DNA of 64,000 nucleotides from the NCBI RefSeq assembly GCF_964204645.1, contig NC_134030.1:18870210-18934209 (forward strand). Reading direction: 5' to 3'. Of this stretch, positions 40,701-50,948 are shown piece by piece (the stretch's first letter is position 1; each line of letters opens with the position of its first letter). A program made the translations under genes and the position numbers. The DNA is from Tubulanus polymorphus. Taxonomy: Eukaryota > Animalia > Nemertea. Under the pieces are notes generated by a model. That model had not been told where the DNA came from and did no database searches. It saw only the letters and a list, made by a program, of their open reading frames with translations.

Positions 40701-43700
40701 AGTACAGGTCCCCTCCTCTGGTTCGAACTGAAAAACGATATTCCGAAATTCCGTATTCAATACATTTTAGAGAAACAATTTTTGATGAAACCGCGCGATA
40801 TTGTCTGCAAATCGGGACTCATAGATTCAGGAGTTTCCTGCGTCAAATATATCAGAGACAAACGTCTGAAATGGGAGAACGCTGAAATATACTGTCAACA
40901 GAAATACGGAGGACATCTTCTCAGTATCAACTCGGAACATGAAATGATTGCTATTAAAAGATTATTTGCTAGTAAACTTCTTCGAGATGGCTATACACAG
41001 AGATCACTTGTGGTGATGATCGGCTCGAAACTGCAGGTAAACTATACACGAATTTTCAAACGTCTTCTGTCAACAGAGATGTTTTAAATTTTCAGCATTT
41101 ATTTCTAGCCTAAACTTGGTTATTACACATGGACTGATGGGAAACCCTTGAGCTACACAGAGTGGTTTAAACCAACGGGAAACGAAACGATACCAGCAGT
41201 TATTCGAGGATTGATATCTTCTCAACGAAAACAACCGATAAATGACGTCAATGCGCCGTGTACGGCGATGATACTGAATAACCCACGAGGATCGGCGAAC
41301 TGGGTTCGATTCCCGTGTCAAATCGAAGACGACTACACGAGTTTCATGTGTGAATTTGACGGAGTTGATGTTGGAGAAAAACGGGGAAATGCAACTGTCA
41401 ACAGTAGTGAATATGGACCAATTGAAATGATGTTTTCATTTAATTATATTCCGAGAAACAATTCACCGTGTAGACGAGGTTGGCTTGGTTTAGCCGGACA
41501 GTGTTATCAGATACTGACACACTGGACAAACAAACAGGGTTTGGATATCAGAGGAGCGAGAGAAATGTGTCGTGAAATCCACGGAGAAATAACTCATCAC
41601 GAATCTGATATCATTAAAAACATAATTGAAACATTGCACTATCGGCACCAGTATGGCGCTGTACTGACCTCTGGTGACAGAATTATAAAACCAATAATCA
41701 CTAGAGATGACATAACTCATACGCAGATAGTTAAATGGATGATAAAACAGTTCGATAATGTCACAGATTTAGCGCATTCAGTGCTATGTTCCTATAATGT
41801 AACTGATGAAGAGTTGGCTTCTACAAGCGGTTGTAAATCGTGGCAGTTTAAATGTAACGATCAAAGATGTATCAGCGACCATCGCGTATGTGATACTAGA
41901 AACGACTGTCAACACGGTGAAGATGAACTCGATTGTTCGGGTTCAAACTTACACAGTCAGTTCCACTGCTCAGATGGACGAGTTGTATCAATAAGTGGTT
42001 TGTGTAATTTCATAAATGATTGTGTTGATGGTTCTGATGAGAACTCGTGTCGTCATCCTCCGTGTCTGTCCGAGCAATTTCGCTGCAAGAGTGGTCAATG
42101 TGTCAGTAAGTATAAAAGATGTGACGGAGTAACTGATTGTAAAGACGGCTCCGATGAAATTGAATGCACCTCTCAACTGTGCCAGGGGTTTTTGTGCAAC
42201 AGTGGAGATTGTATCAGTTATCAGTTGTATCAGGATGGTGTCGTGGATTGCAGTGGAAGTCTTGAAGAAGATGAATTAGTAACAAATGCTAATGTTACGT
42301 TGAATCCTACAGTTAACTGTAATGATGGAAACCTATGTACGACTAACTTCACAAATCTCTGTACGGATTCCGATGAACAAAGATGTTCTTTCGATTCTCC
42401 TCATTGCTATTCTAGACGTCGAAGGTGTATTTTGGAGAGAATGACAAATGGTTACCCAGTTTGTAGAAATCTTCAGCATATATTGAGATGTGAAACATTT
42501 GATTGTCCAGCTGGTACTGTAAAATGTCCAGCATCTTACTGTATACCGATGGGACAGGTGTGCAATGGTCGACCCGATTGTCCTAATTCAGAAGACGAGC
42601 GAAACTGCGAGACTATGTCATGTCCCGGCATGTTCAAATGTGGCCAGGAAAACCGATGCATTCCCCAATCTGAAGTTTGTGATGGTGTTGTGAATTGTAA
42701 CCATACTACTGATGACGAGGCTTTCTGTAACGTAACATGTCCTGGGGGTTGTAAATGTCAAGGCCTTTTGATCGACTGCGGAAATGCCGGTTTAACAAAT
42801 ATTACGGATCTTTTCTCGGCATCAACTCGAGTTCTGATTCTGTCGAATAACACAATTATCATGGAGATATCGACATTTGTTTCATATGATTATCTTCGGT
42901 TGCTCAACATCTCCTTAAATAAATTGTTTTATATTTTACCGAATGCATTCTCAAAGCTGCATAATCTAAACACATTAGACCTTACGTATAACAACGTAAC
43001 ATCATTATACACAAATACATTCACCGGGCTGTATAGTTTGAAAGAGTTATTCATAACTAAAAATCCACTACGTCATTTAGCGGACGATACGTTCCAAGAG
43101 TTGAGATCACTTAGATCTCTCGATCTTCACGGACTTTCCTTGGTTTTACTTGGAGGAAATGTGTTTAGAGGTTTATCTACATTACAGTCTTTGAATATCA
43201 GCAGTAACAGAATTCATCATATTTCACGATATGCATTTGTCGGTTTATCTTCACTTGAAATTCTAGATATCAGCAACAACTACGAAGTTATTTCTGTCGA
43301 CAGAACGGTTTTCAATAATCTGACATCATTGCGCTCCTTACGGTCTGACGCCTACAAGTTTTGCTGCATGGTTCCGAGTGTTGACCGGTGCATTCCCGAA
43401 GCAGATCAATTTTCATCCTGCTCTGATCTGATGGGTAACACAGCCCTCAGAGCTATCATCTGGGTCATCTCTACGTTCAGTTTCTTTCTGAACAGTATCG
43501 TCATTTTATTCCGTGTTCGATCATTTCGACTTTCATCCTCCGAAAAGCGTAACATATCTTCTGACATCATTATCATCAGTATCGCAGCTTGTGATTTTCT
43601 GATGTCGATTTATTTGTTTCTGATCGCGGGAGCTGACTACGTGTATAAAGGAGTTTATTTCCTATATTCTGAAACTTGGACGGACAGTTCATTGTGTAGT

Positions 43701-44339
43701 TTCGCTGGTGTTATGGTTACTATTTCTTGTGAAGGCTCATTGACGTTTCTATTCATTCTAACGCGTCACAGATATTCAAATATCGTTGATCCATTTTCTG
43801 GAAGCTCGATTACATCTCCGAGATATGTGTCCATTATTTCTTGCCTATGTTGGCTCATCGTAAGTGTAATTTCTTTAATACCACTGTCACAATCGACTTA
43901 TTTCGGCAATACATTTTACGGATCTACTGGAGTTTGTTTACCTATGAATTTAATTTCAATTGATAGCAATGCCTGGCAATATTCATTCGCTATTTTTGCC
44001 GTGTTTAACTCGGTCGTACTTGCTACAATAATGATGACGTATGCACAGATGTACAGACTCGTATCCGGAAGCAGGTCCGGCTCGGGTAGAGCTGATCCTA
44101 CCGAATTGATTCTGGCACGTAGAAGTTTAGTGATAAATCTGTGTAATTTATTTTGCTGGTTACCGATAATTATCGTTCAGTTTTGCGCTGTATTCCGAGT
44201 CGAGATACCGAACCAAGTGGCGGCTTGGTTGGCGGTACTTTTCCTACCGATCAACTCGTCACTGAATCCACTTCTTTACACCATCCTCACTATCGATATA
44301 AAATCAATACGAGCAAAAACCAAACGCCGAAACTATTAG
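37714..44339 (+). CDS. Intact G-protein coupled receptor GRL101-like (LGR/relaxin-receptor related), ~1913 aa: SP, CUB/CUB-like domains, 2 C-type lectin domains, ~6-7 LDLa, LRRNT+~7-8 LRR, 7TM; exons 37714-38910, 39723-41036, 41109-44339
   Basis: Motifs: SGYIVSPNYP and CGIFQSPNYP (CUB); W-x-x-A-x-x-x-C, HLLSINS and WTDG (CLECT); DCxDGSDE (LDLa); LxxLxLxxN (LRR); CWLP and NPLLY (7TM). Donors AAG|gtgagt and CAG|gtaaac, acceptors tgtag|GTA (or an in-frame alternative at 39770) and tctag|CCT keep the frame with no stops. Confidence 0.9.
39125..39403. mobile_element. Non-autonomous TIR element (hAT-like termini CAG(A/G)GCCGTCGGAA) in intron 1 of the intact GPCR
   Basis: 14-bp imperfect TIRs flanked by a GAACG direct repeat (not the canonical 8 bp). 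A second copy lies at ~51219-51732. Confidence 0.7.
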
Positions 44340-45050
44340 AAGAAACGGCAATTAATGAAATCCTAACTCTTGTGTGGATTGATTGGCCTGCATGTAAGTT
44401 ATAATGTATTTGAAGTCTTTTTAAACCGCGTGTATTGGCTTAGTTCTTATGGTATTTTTCTTTCATCTTCAATGATCTGGTCCCCCTTAGAGGTCGTCCA
44501 TTAATTCTCTCTTTGTTTGAAACATTACAATTATGTAATAATTACATTAAATAACATATTGAATTGAAACGGACGACATGCGCACCGACAAAAAGATGGC
44601 AGAAAACTAACTTTTTAGAAAATAAATCCTATCCTGTCCAAATACACTCCTATGATTTGAACTTAACCGCTGCAGTTTCGAAATTTTTTAACAATCAATA
44701 TTCTATTTCGAATATTTGAGATACAAAGGAAAAGAAACATAGACCTACGTATTCACTTGAAGAAATAAATTTACCGTCAATTATAAATAGGTGAATTTTA
44801 AACTGTATTTTGAAATTTATCTACCAGTAAAAGCCTTCTATAAGGACATATATCCATATCTACGTTACACAGTCGAAGTCTAAAGTGTATCATTCCACAG
44901 TAACTGTTAGGATTTTACCAATTTCATCGCAGCAAAGTAAGAAGCCGGAGTGTATTGCATTCAACTAACTCATAATCAGTACTTAACGCTACCTCGGGAT
45001 ACAATTTACCAATCCCAGCATAAAAATCTTGAAAATTAAGCTACACAAAG

Positions 45051-45180
45051 AAATACCCTAGTTTTTCGTCAGAATTGTTTCTGGTGAGCGATTTTTCTAT
45101 TGCTTTAAGAAAAATGCAATCAAAAGCTCAACCAGATTCTTAGAAGAGACGCGGGAGGGATAATTTCTTTTACCAATGCC
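45051..45180 (+). repeat. Dispersed repeat fragment, related copy at ~63550-63650
   Basis: Shared AAATACCCTAGTTT...AGAAGAGACGCGGGAGG...TTTTACCAAT. Confidence 0.55.
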
Positions 45181-45556
45181 AAACAAAGACTCAGAAAAAA
45201 TTACAGAAACAGTATTGATTTCTTTCTCTGAAGATTATCCACACAGAGGACGTGTTAATCTAGTGTAGAATAAGTAAACCGTGGTCGGAAGAGTGAACGA
45301 TGATAATAGATAACAGGCCAGGTAAATACCATAGATTAGATTGAGAAAAAAGTTATGGGTTTAGATTGCGACATACAGTTAACCCCTTCTATACCACTCT
45401 CTTATACCTCCATTTACACCAAACGCCAGGTTTTCTCTATGTACGGAATATTTAACTTGACATCTGAAAAAAACAACCCAGATATAATGCTCTCGTTTCC
45501 CGCCAACACGTTTCCACAGTACAGTCCAATATTCGTTAGTTTCATGACCCGTTGAA

Positions 45557-45895
45557 CATCCTCCCTCTGCGGGGACTCGAACCTGATGGCATCGCTACAC
45601 TCAGCCACGGCACGAACCCCTGCATCAGTAGACCGGGTGCGCAGGTACATGCGCAGCTTTCCGAACGAAAACTGGCGGCACCAATCAGATTGCTCGTTGT
45701 ATAATCGTTGAGGCAAATTTCAAGGAAGAACTATAAATGGGAAAACCCGGGCTAAAATAAAACGGGATTTCTGATTGGCTAAAAATCAACTCATCTGAAC
45801 TGCGCATGTATCTGCGCACACGGTTGATTATGGCAGGGTTTCGTGCCGTGGCAATCTCGATGCCATCAGGTTCGAATCCCTGCCGGGGGAGGATG
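45557..45895. mobile_element. MITE with ~100-bp TIRs (CATCCTCC...GGAGGATG) and 9-bp TSD, Mutator-like
   Basis: CCCGTTGAA at 45548-45556 and 45896-45904. A second copy in the opposite orientation lies at ~53514-53868. Confidence 0.85.
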
Positions 45896-45934
45896 CCCGT
45901 TGAATAGATGTCAGCACATAATCGAGACTCATTA

Positions 45935-46166
45935 AGCCGGGCGCACACGAGGCGATTTATCGGCGATTTTTGTCGCAAGCGACAAAATCGCTGGGAAATC
46001 GCGTAGTGCGCGGTCAGTGGCGACCATTGTCGGCTGACAAATCGTCGCCAGCGACAAGATCGCTCAGTATCTGGCATGCTAGATATTCGGCGACAAGATC
46101 GCTCAGTATCTGGCATGCTAGATATTCGGCGACAAGATCGGCAGCAAATCGCCTAGTGTGCGGCTA
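45935..46166. mobile_element. Small TIR element (GCACAC..AGGCGATTT termini, Harbinger-like MITE) with an internal 39-bp tandem duplication
   Basis: Inverted termini gcacacgaggcgattt / aaatcgcctagtgtgc; 39-bp unit at 46051 and 46090. Confidence 0.5.
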
Positions 46167-46726
46167 CTAGCGACGAATCGCTTCGAATCCATTTAAAAAA
46201 CAGTCGTCGTGAGAGTTGAGGATTTGAAACTTATTTAACATCCAGATCCTTTAGAAATATGTATTCCATGTTAATGTTTGTCATGAATTGTAGATATGTA
46301 TTTCTTAATCACTCCGTGTACATTTCGTGGCGAGTATATAGAACATTTCATTCATTTCATGACATTTTATGTATTACAGGGTGGGGCTCTGATTCTAACA
46401 AATCAATTCTACGAGATATATTGCTTCCGTGTAACAGAACAATATCAGCGCTGATTTTATAGTCCCAACTGAATGAACCGGCGGCGGCCATCAAATATAG
46501 AGGCAATACCGAATGAATTCTACAATTACGGGAAGATGCCTAATACTACGATTCGGGAAACTGATACATTGCTGCCAATAAACATAATCATTGACGCTCA
46601 TTGAGTCTTTGCCGTGCAGCTAGATTTTTTTAGCCGTTTCGTTTTCGCAAGAGACCGTAATTGATCGGTGGCCGAGGAAGGTGGGCCCAGGGAGGTGGGC
46701 ACCTCCCTGGTATTACTAAGAATTTC

Positions 46727-47034
46727 GTTGCAAGCCGAATCGAACTAACGGAGTTCCGGCTGCATGTTGCAAGCCGAATCGAACTAACGGAGTTCCGGCT
46801 GCATGTTGCAAGCCCAATCGAACTAACGGGGTTCCACTGCATGTTGCAAGCCGAATCGAACTAACGGGGTTCCACTGCATGTTGCAAGCCGAATCGAACT
46901 AACGGAGTTCCGGCTGCATGTTGCAAGCCGAATCGAACGAACGGGGTTCCACTGCATGTTGCAAGCCGAATCGAACTAACGGAGTTCCGGCTGCATGTTG
47001 CAAGCCGAATCAAACTAACGGGGTCCCACTGCAT
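46727..47034. repeat. Minisatellite, 8 units of 38/39 bp (GTTGCAAGCCGAATCGAACTAACGGAGTTCCGGCTGCAT)
   Basis: Two variants in the order A A B B A B A B, with no unique spacers. Confidence 0.95.
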
Positions 47035-48432
47035 GTTGTAGGCGTAATTCAATCCTGATCTTTTTCTTGAAATCGAAAGGGAGTCCAACTTATCTTTTGT
47101 GATTTCATTCGACAACCCCCTACCCCTCGAGCACGAATTCGCAAGGCTTTGTACCAAGAAATGAAGTTTCGAAAGAAGGAAAGTCTGTTTTAGAAATCAA
47201 AATATGTTCCATGGATGAATAATACATTTCGCGCAAAGTATCTGCATCTGCCGAAACAAGCATTTTTCTAATCGTTGATTTCTAACGCATCTGCCTTTCG
47301 AACAAATCCAAAGTAGCAGGTGGGCCAAGCCCGAAGAGCTGTTGAAAGTATCGACGAATCGAGCTCAAGTGGCTGCAATTCGGAAATATAACGCCGCATT
47401 ATTTGATTCTGTTCATCCAAACGGCAGAAGTTTGGTAAATCTATCTTCCTTCCCCGGTCGAAAATACTGCAGTGTGAAGGCTATTTCATCAAAGGTAGGG
47501 AAATCTTATGTTACATTATTCGTATAGGTTGAAGGCAGTTGGCGCCAGAGAATCTGCAATGGATAGAACTTTTTTAGGCTTATTCGATGAAAAAATTCAT
47601 TATCCAAGGCACACGTAGCGTGACTGATTTAATGCGAACTTCCTTCAAATGTGGGCCGAATGCGCACGTTGTTCAACACAAAAGCGCTCGAAATGCTCGG
47701 CGGGTACCTAAATGAATCGTTTGAGAATGGACAATTTTTTCAATTTCCAATAAAAGAAAACTCGAAAATCGTATCTAAATTTCGAAAAAGTTTTTACACA
47801 AATTTGTTGAATGACACTGACCTTTTGAAGAGCACTTTGAAAATATTATTTAGGGGGTTCGCTCGCTAACCCTCCCCCCGAACCACGGGCCTTGTGTGCG
47901 GTTTTGTGTGCAAATCATGTGGTAACCGCGTATAGGTATACAGCAAACTACAAGTATAGGTCGAGGTCTGAATATTTTAGTGGTAAAATCCAGGATTTAA
48001 AACGATCTACTTACATACGCCGATCTTTTACGGAACCAGTATTTTAGCTTCTGCGGCCCTATATTGGAAGAGGTTTCCAAGACTTTCAATATTCAGCCAC
48101 CATCTGATCGGTGACATCATATGAATTTCATTTGAATGTATTTTTCATTTTGTGAAAGATATTCTTTTTCAAAATATAAAATAATTTCCCTACCTACCTG
48201 TACCCTATGACATTTTGACCGTAAACGAATGTATATCTTTGGCCTTATTCGACTACAAAATAATTCTATGAGAAAGATAGGATACAATATAAACTTATAG
48301 AACTTTGAAGGCAACTTATTTTTATAGAACTTATTTTTTTCTATCAGAATGCATATTTGAATACAGTTTCTTGCCTATGGCTCTGATATTCTTAATGATT
48401 ATAATGATTAATAATACTTTCAGAGCGAGGTG

Positions 48433-49497
48433 ATGTTATTGACGATGATGCGAGTGTTGTTGATGTTTGGCTATTGCTGTTGTCTGGTTAGTTGTAGTAC
48501 AGATCGGATCGTCTTGAACGAGGATGAGTTGAACGGTGGTTGCACGTCGGATTGCACGAAGATGCCCACGAAGTTCGACCTGCACGGGTGTAAAAAGATC
48601 GACAACTGTCGCTTAAACACGAAGGCATGGCTTCGATGGTTCCACGATTGTGATTATTGCAACTGCAAATGCACGGCCAAACAAACGAAAATCGACATGG
48701 CCGAGACAATCAAGAAAATCAGCAAATCGGAAAAAGATCTGTACGGTACATGCGCTAACAGCTGCGATAAAAGTAATCTGGTCAGAAACAATTTGTTTGG
48801 TTGCGATAAAATAAAAGACTGCAAAAAGGACGAGAACGCACCGAGTTCCATTAGTGGTGTATATAGTTGCGATACATGTATATGTTCGTGCGTTAACGTA
48901 CAAACAGCCAAGAAATACCAGCTGATCAATGTCAAATATTTTATCAAAAAAGCTCAAGTGATTAAGAACGAGAACACGGAAGTCACTTCTGCGGTGGTCA
49001 TCAATAAGAACAAGTTGCAGCAACAGATGTCTCAAACTCTGTCGTTCGAATACGTCTCCCAAACCTCGATGTCGACCAGCGAAGAGACGCAAGCGGGTCT
49101 GGAAGTTTCCGTAACTGCCGGTATGACTGTCGGCAATCCGGAGGTTCTCAGCGCTAGCTTGTCAACTACTTTGACTACAAGTATGAATAAGGGATTCTCG
49201 AAAGAAGCCGGCCGCACAAAGTCGAAAACGAAAACGTTAAGTTTGACAGGGACGGCCAACGTACCGAAGTTTTCACAATTAAGAATGACCGTAGCAGCGA
49301 AACGCGTGAAAGTCAATATTCCATACACGGCCGATTTGAAAGTTACTTACACCGGAGGCAAGACAGAGATAAAGAGAAATGTAAGAGGTTATCTCAAAAG
49401 TGTGGATATGACGAAGTTTAAAGTCGTCATAGGAAAGGCAAAACCTTTTCGACCTAAGAAACCTCAAAAGAAAAAGGGTAAAAAAGGAAAAAAATAA
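48433..49497 (+). CDS. Secreted aerolysin/ETX-MTX2 (natterin-like) beta-pore-forming protein with two N-terminal 8-Cys repeats and a Lys-rich tail
   Basis: Hydrophobic signal peptide. Ser/Thr-rich strands flank an amphipathic hairpin (AGLEVSVTAGMTVGNPEVLSASLSTTLTTS), followed by VP...VNIPYTA...G typical of the aerolysin fold. Single coding exon after acceptor tttcag at 48423. Confidence 0.8.
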   Translation: MLLTMMRVLLMFGYCCCLVSCSTDRIVLNEDELNGGCTSDCTKMPTKFDLHGCKKIDNCRLNTKAWLRWFHDCDYCNCKCTAKQTKIDMAETIKKISKSEKDLYGTCANSCDKSNLVRNNLFGCDKIKDCKKDENAPSSISGVYSCDTCICSCVNVQTAKKYQLINVKYFIKKAQVIKNENTEVTSAVVINKNKLQQQMSQTLSFEYVSQTSMSTSEETQAGLEVSVTAGMTVGNPEVLSASLSTTLTTSMNKGFSKEAGRTKSKTKTLSLTGTANVPKFSQLRMTVAAKRVKVNIPYTADLKVTYTGGKTEIKRNVRGYLKSVDMTKFKVVIGKAKPFRPKKPQKKKGKKGKK

Positions 49498-50948
49498 TAC
49501 CAGTAAAAATGAATTCAATCAATCATATCCGTAATACATCGTATCATACAATAACTAAAATATGAATAAGCAATTGTTCTCATTCATAACCTGTCAAATT
49601 GTGGATATCTAAAGTTAAATGAATATGATGATGGATGCTTTTATGTGATTGAAAACAACGTGTTGTCTCATTTTTTTAGTGTGTGGTTTTTAGAGTCAAT
49701 TTTTTAACTTTTCTGACAGTGATGGTGATTCTTCGCACATCGATTCATCTGATACGTTTCGCTACACGAATGGAGCGCATTTTAACGGAAAGGAACAATA
49801 AATAAAAAAAGAAGAATCTTGTATTTACACGACAGATGATGACTTTGGGTGAATACTAGCGCATACCTAGGTATGACCAGCGCTACAGACCTTTTTAAAT
49901 TAGAGTCATTATAAGATAAGATATTTATGATACGGTCTCCGTTCCTTTCCGTGCCTCTCCGTTCCTCGAAGTGTCATAAGCCCATTTTAATGACATGATA
50001 TTCAGAGAAGAATCCCTTTGAATACGTGCAACTGAGCGTACATTCATACAAATGATTCATTATAATAAAACATTATCCAATCTCCAATTCCTAGGGAGCT
50101 GATTTGATGAAAAAGAGCCTCGTTATTACGTGATGTTTTCGCGAAAAAGGGGGCTAATGATAATTATTGAAAACCATTTGAAAACTGCCTTAATGCACAA
50201 ATAGGCCCAACTGCCAGGGCCTTAAAAGTCAATACAAGAACTTTAACCGACAACCAGTGTAAAGAACGACAATCTTGGCAAATTGACCCAATTTTTCTTG
50301 GGCTGCTGGGCCCTGATGGGAAACATACAAATAGTATATAATCCATCATTAAAATGCTCTGCGAAACTTCGCCAAATGATTGGAATCCGTCTAAGGACAA
50401 ATGAGCGAAAAGTGAACACAAACAGCCTGCTGAGAATGAAGTCTCGATTAGGCTCAATATCTGACGAAAGACCGGGTTGACTGTAAATTCAAACTAACAC
50501 TTAAACCGTCAAATAAAAATACCTTTTAACTCGGATAAAGACCAGTCAATACCACACTGTTAACTCAGACTGAAGGTTATCCTTTTTTAAATTTGGATCT
50601 TTTTCAGACTCGGTGATATCTAAGTTGTCGGACGTATCGTGAAAACTGCCTTGATTGAAAGAAAGAAAAACATTTTTTGTTTTTTGTTGAAAAAAATCTT
50701 CGTTCATTTTTACTGAATCATTTATCGCTTCAACTGAAATAAGAATGTTCACGTCTACTGAGTTCAGTGTTCACAGGCTGCGGAACGTTTGAAAACACCG
50801 AAAAGCGCAATATGAAGATCGACAGTTCCTTTTAATTATTTGTAGTAAAAACGAATGAAATCTATGTCGACGACACTTTTTTTGAAAGTCTTTCTCCTAT
50901 CGCTCCGATTTACGGGAACATAAGCGAGGACTCCGGAGTCATTGATCG

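Noticed and set aside
45860-45890. tRNA gene suggested by GGTTCGAATCCC
   Set aside because: No acceptor, D or anticodon arms; it lies within a MITE TIR.
46727-47034. CRISPR-like array (GTTGCAA-starting ~38-bp palindromic repeats)
   Set aside because: Units are contiguous with no unique spacers, there are no cas genes, and the context is eukaryotic.
48488-49518. Antisense ORFs over the toxin and GPCR exons
   Set aside because: Shadow frames of real coding sequence with no independent features.
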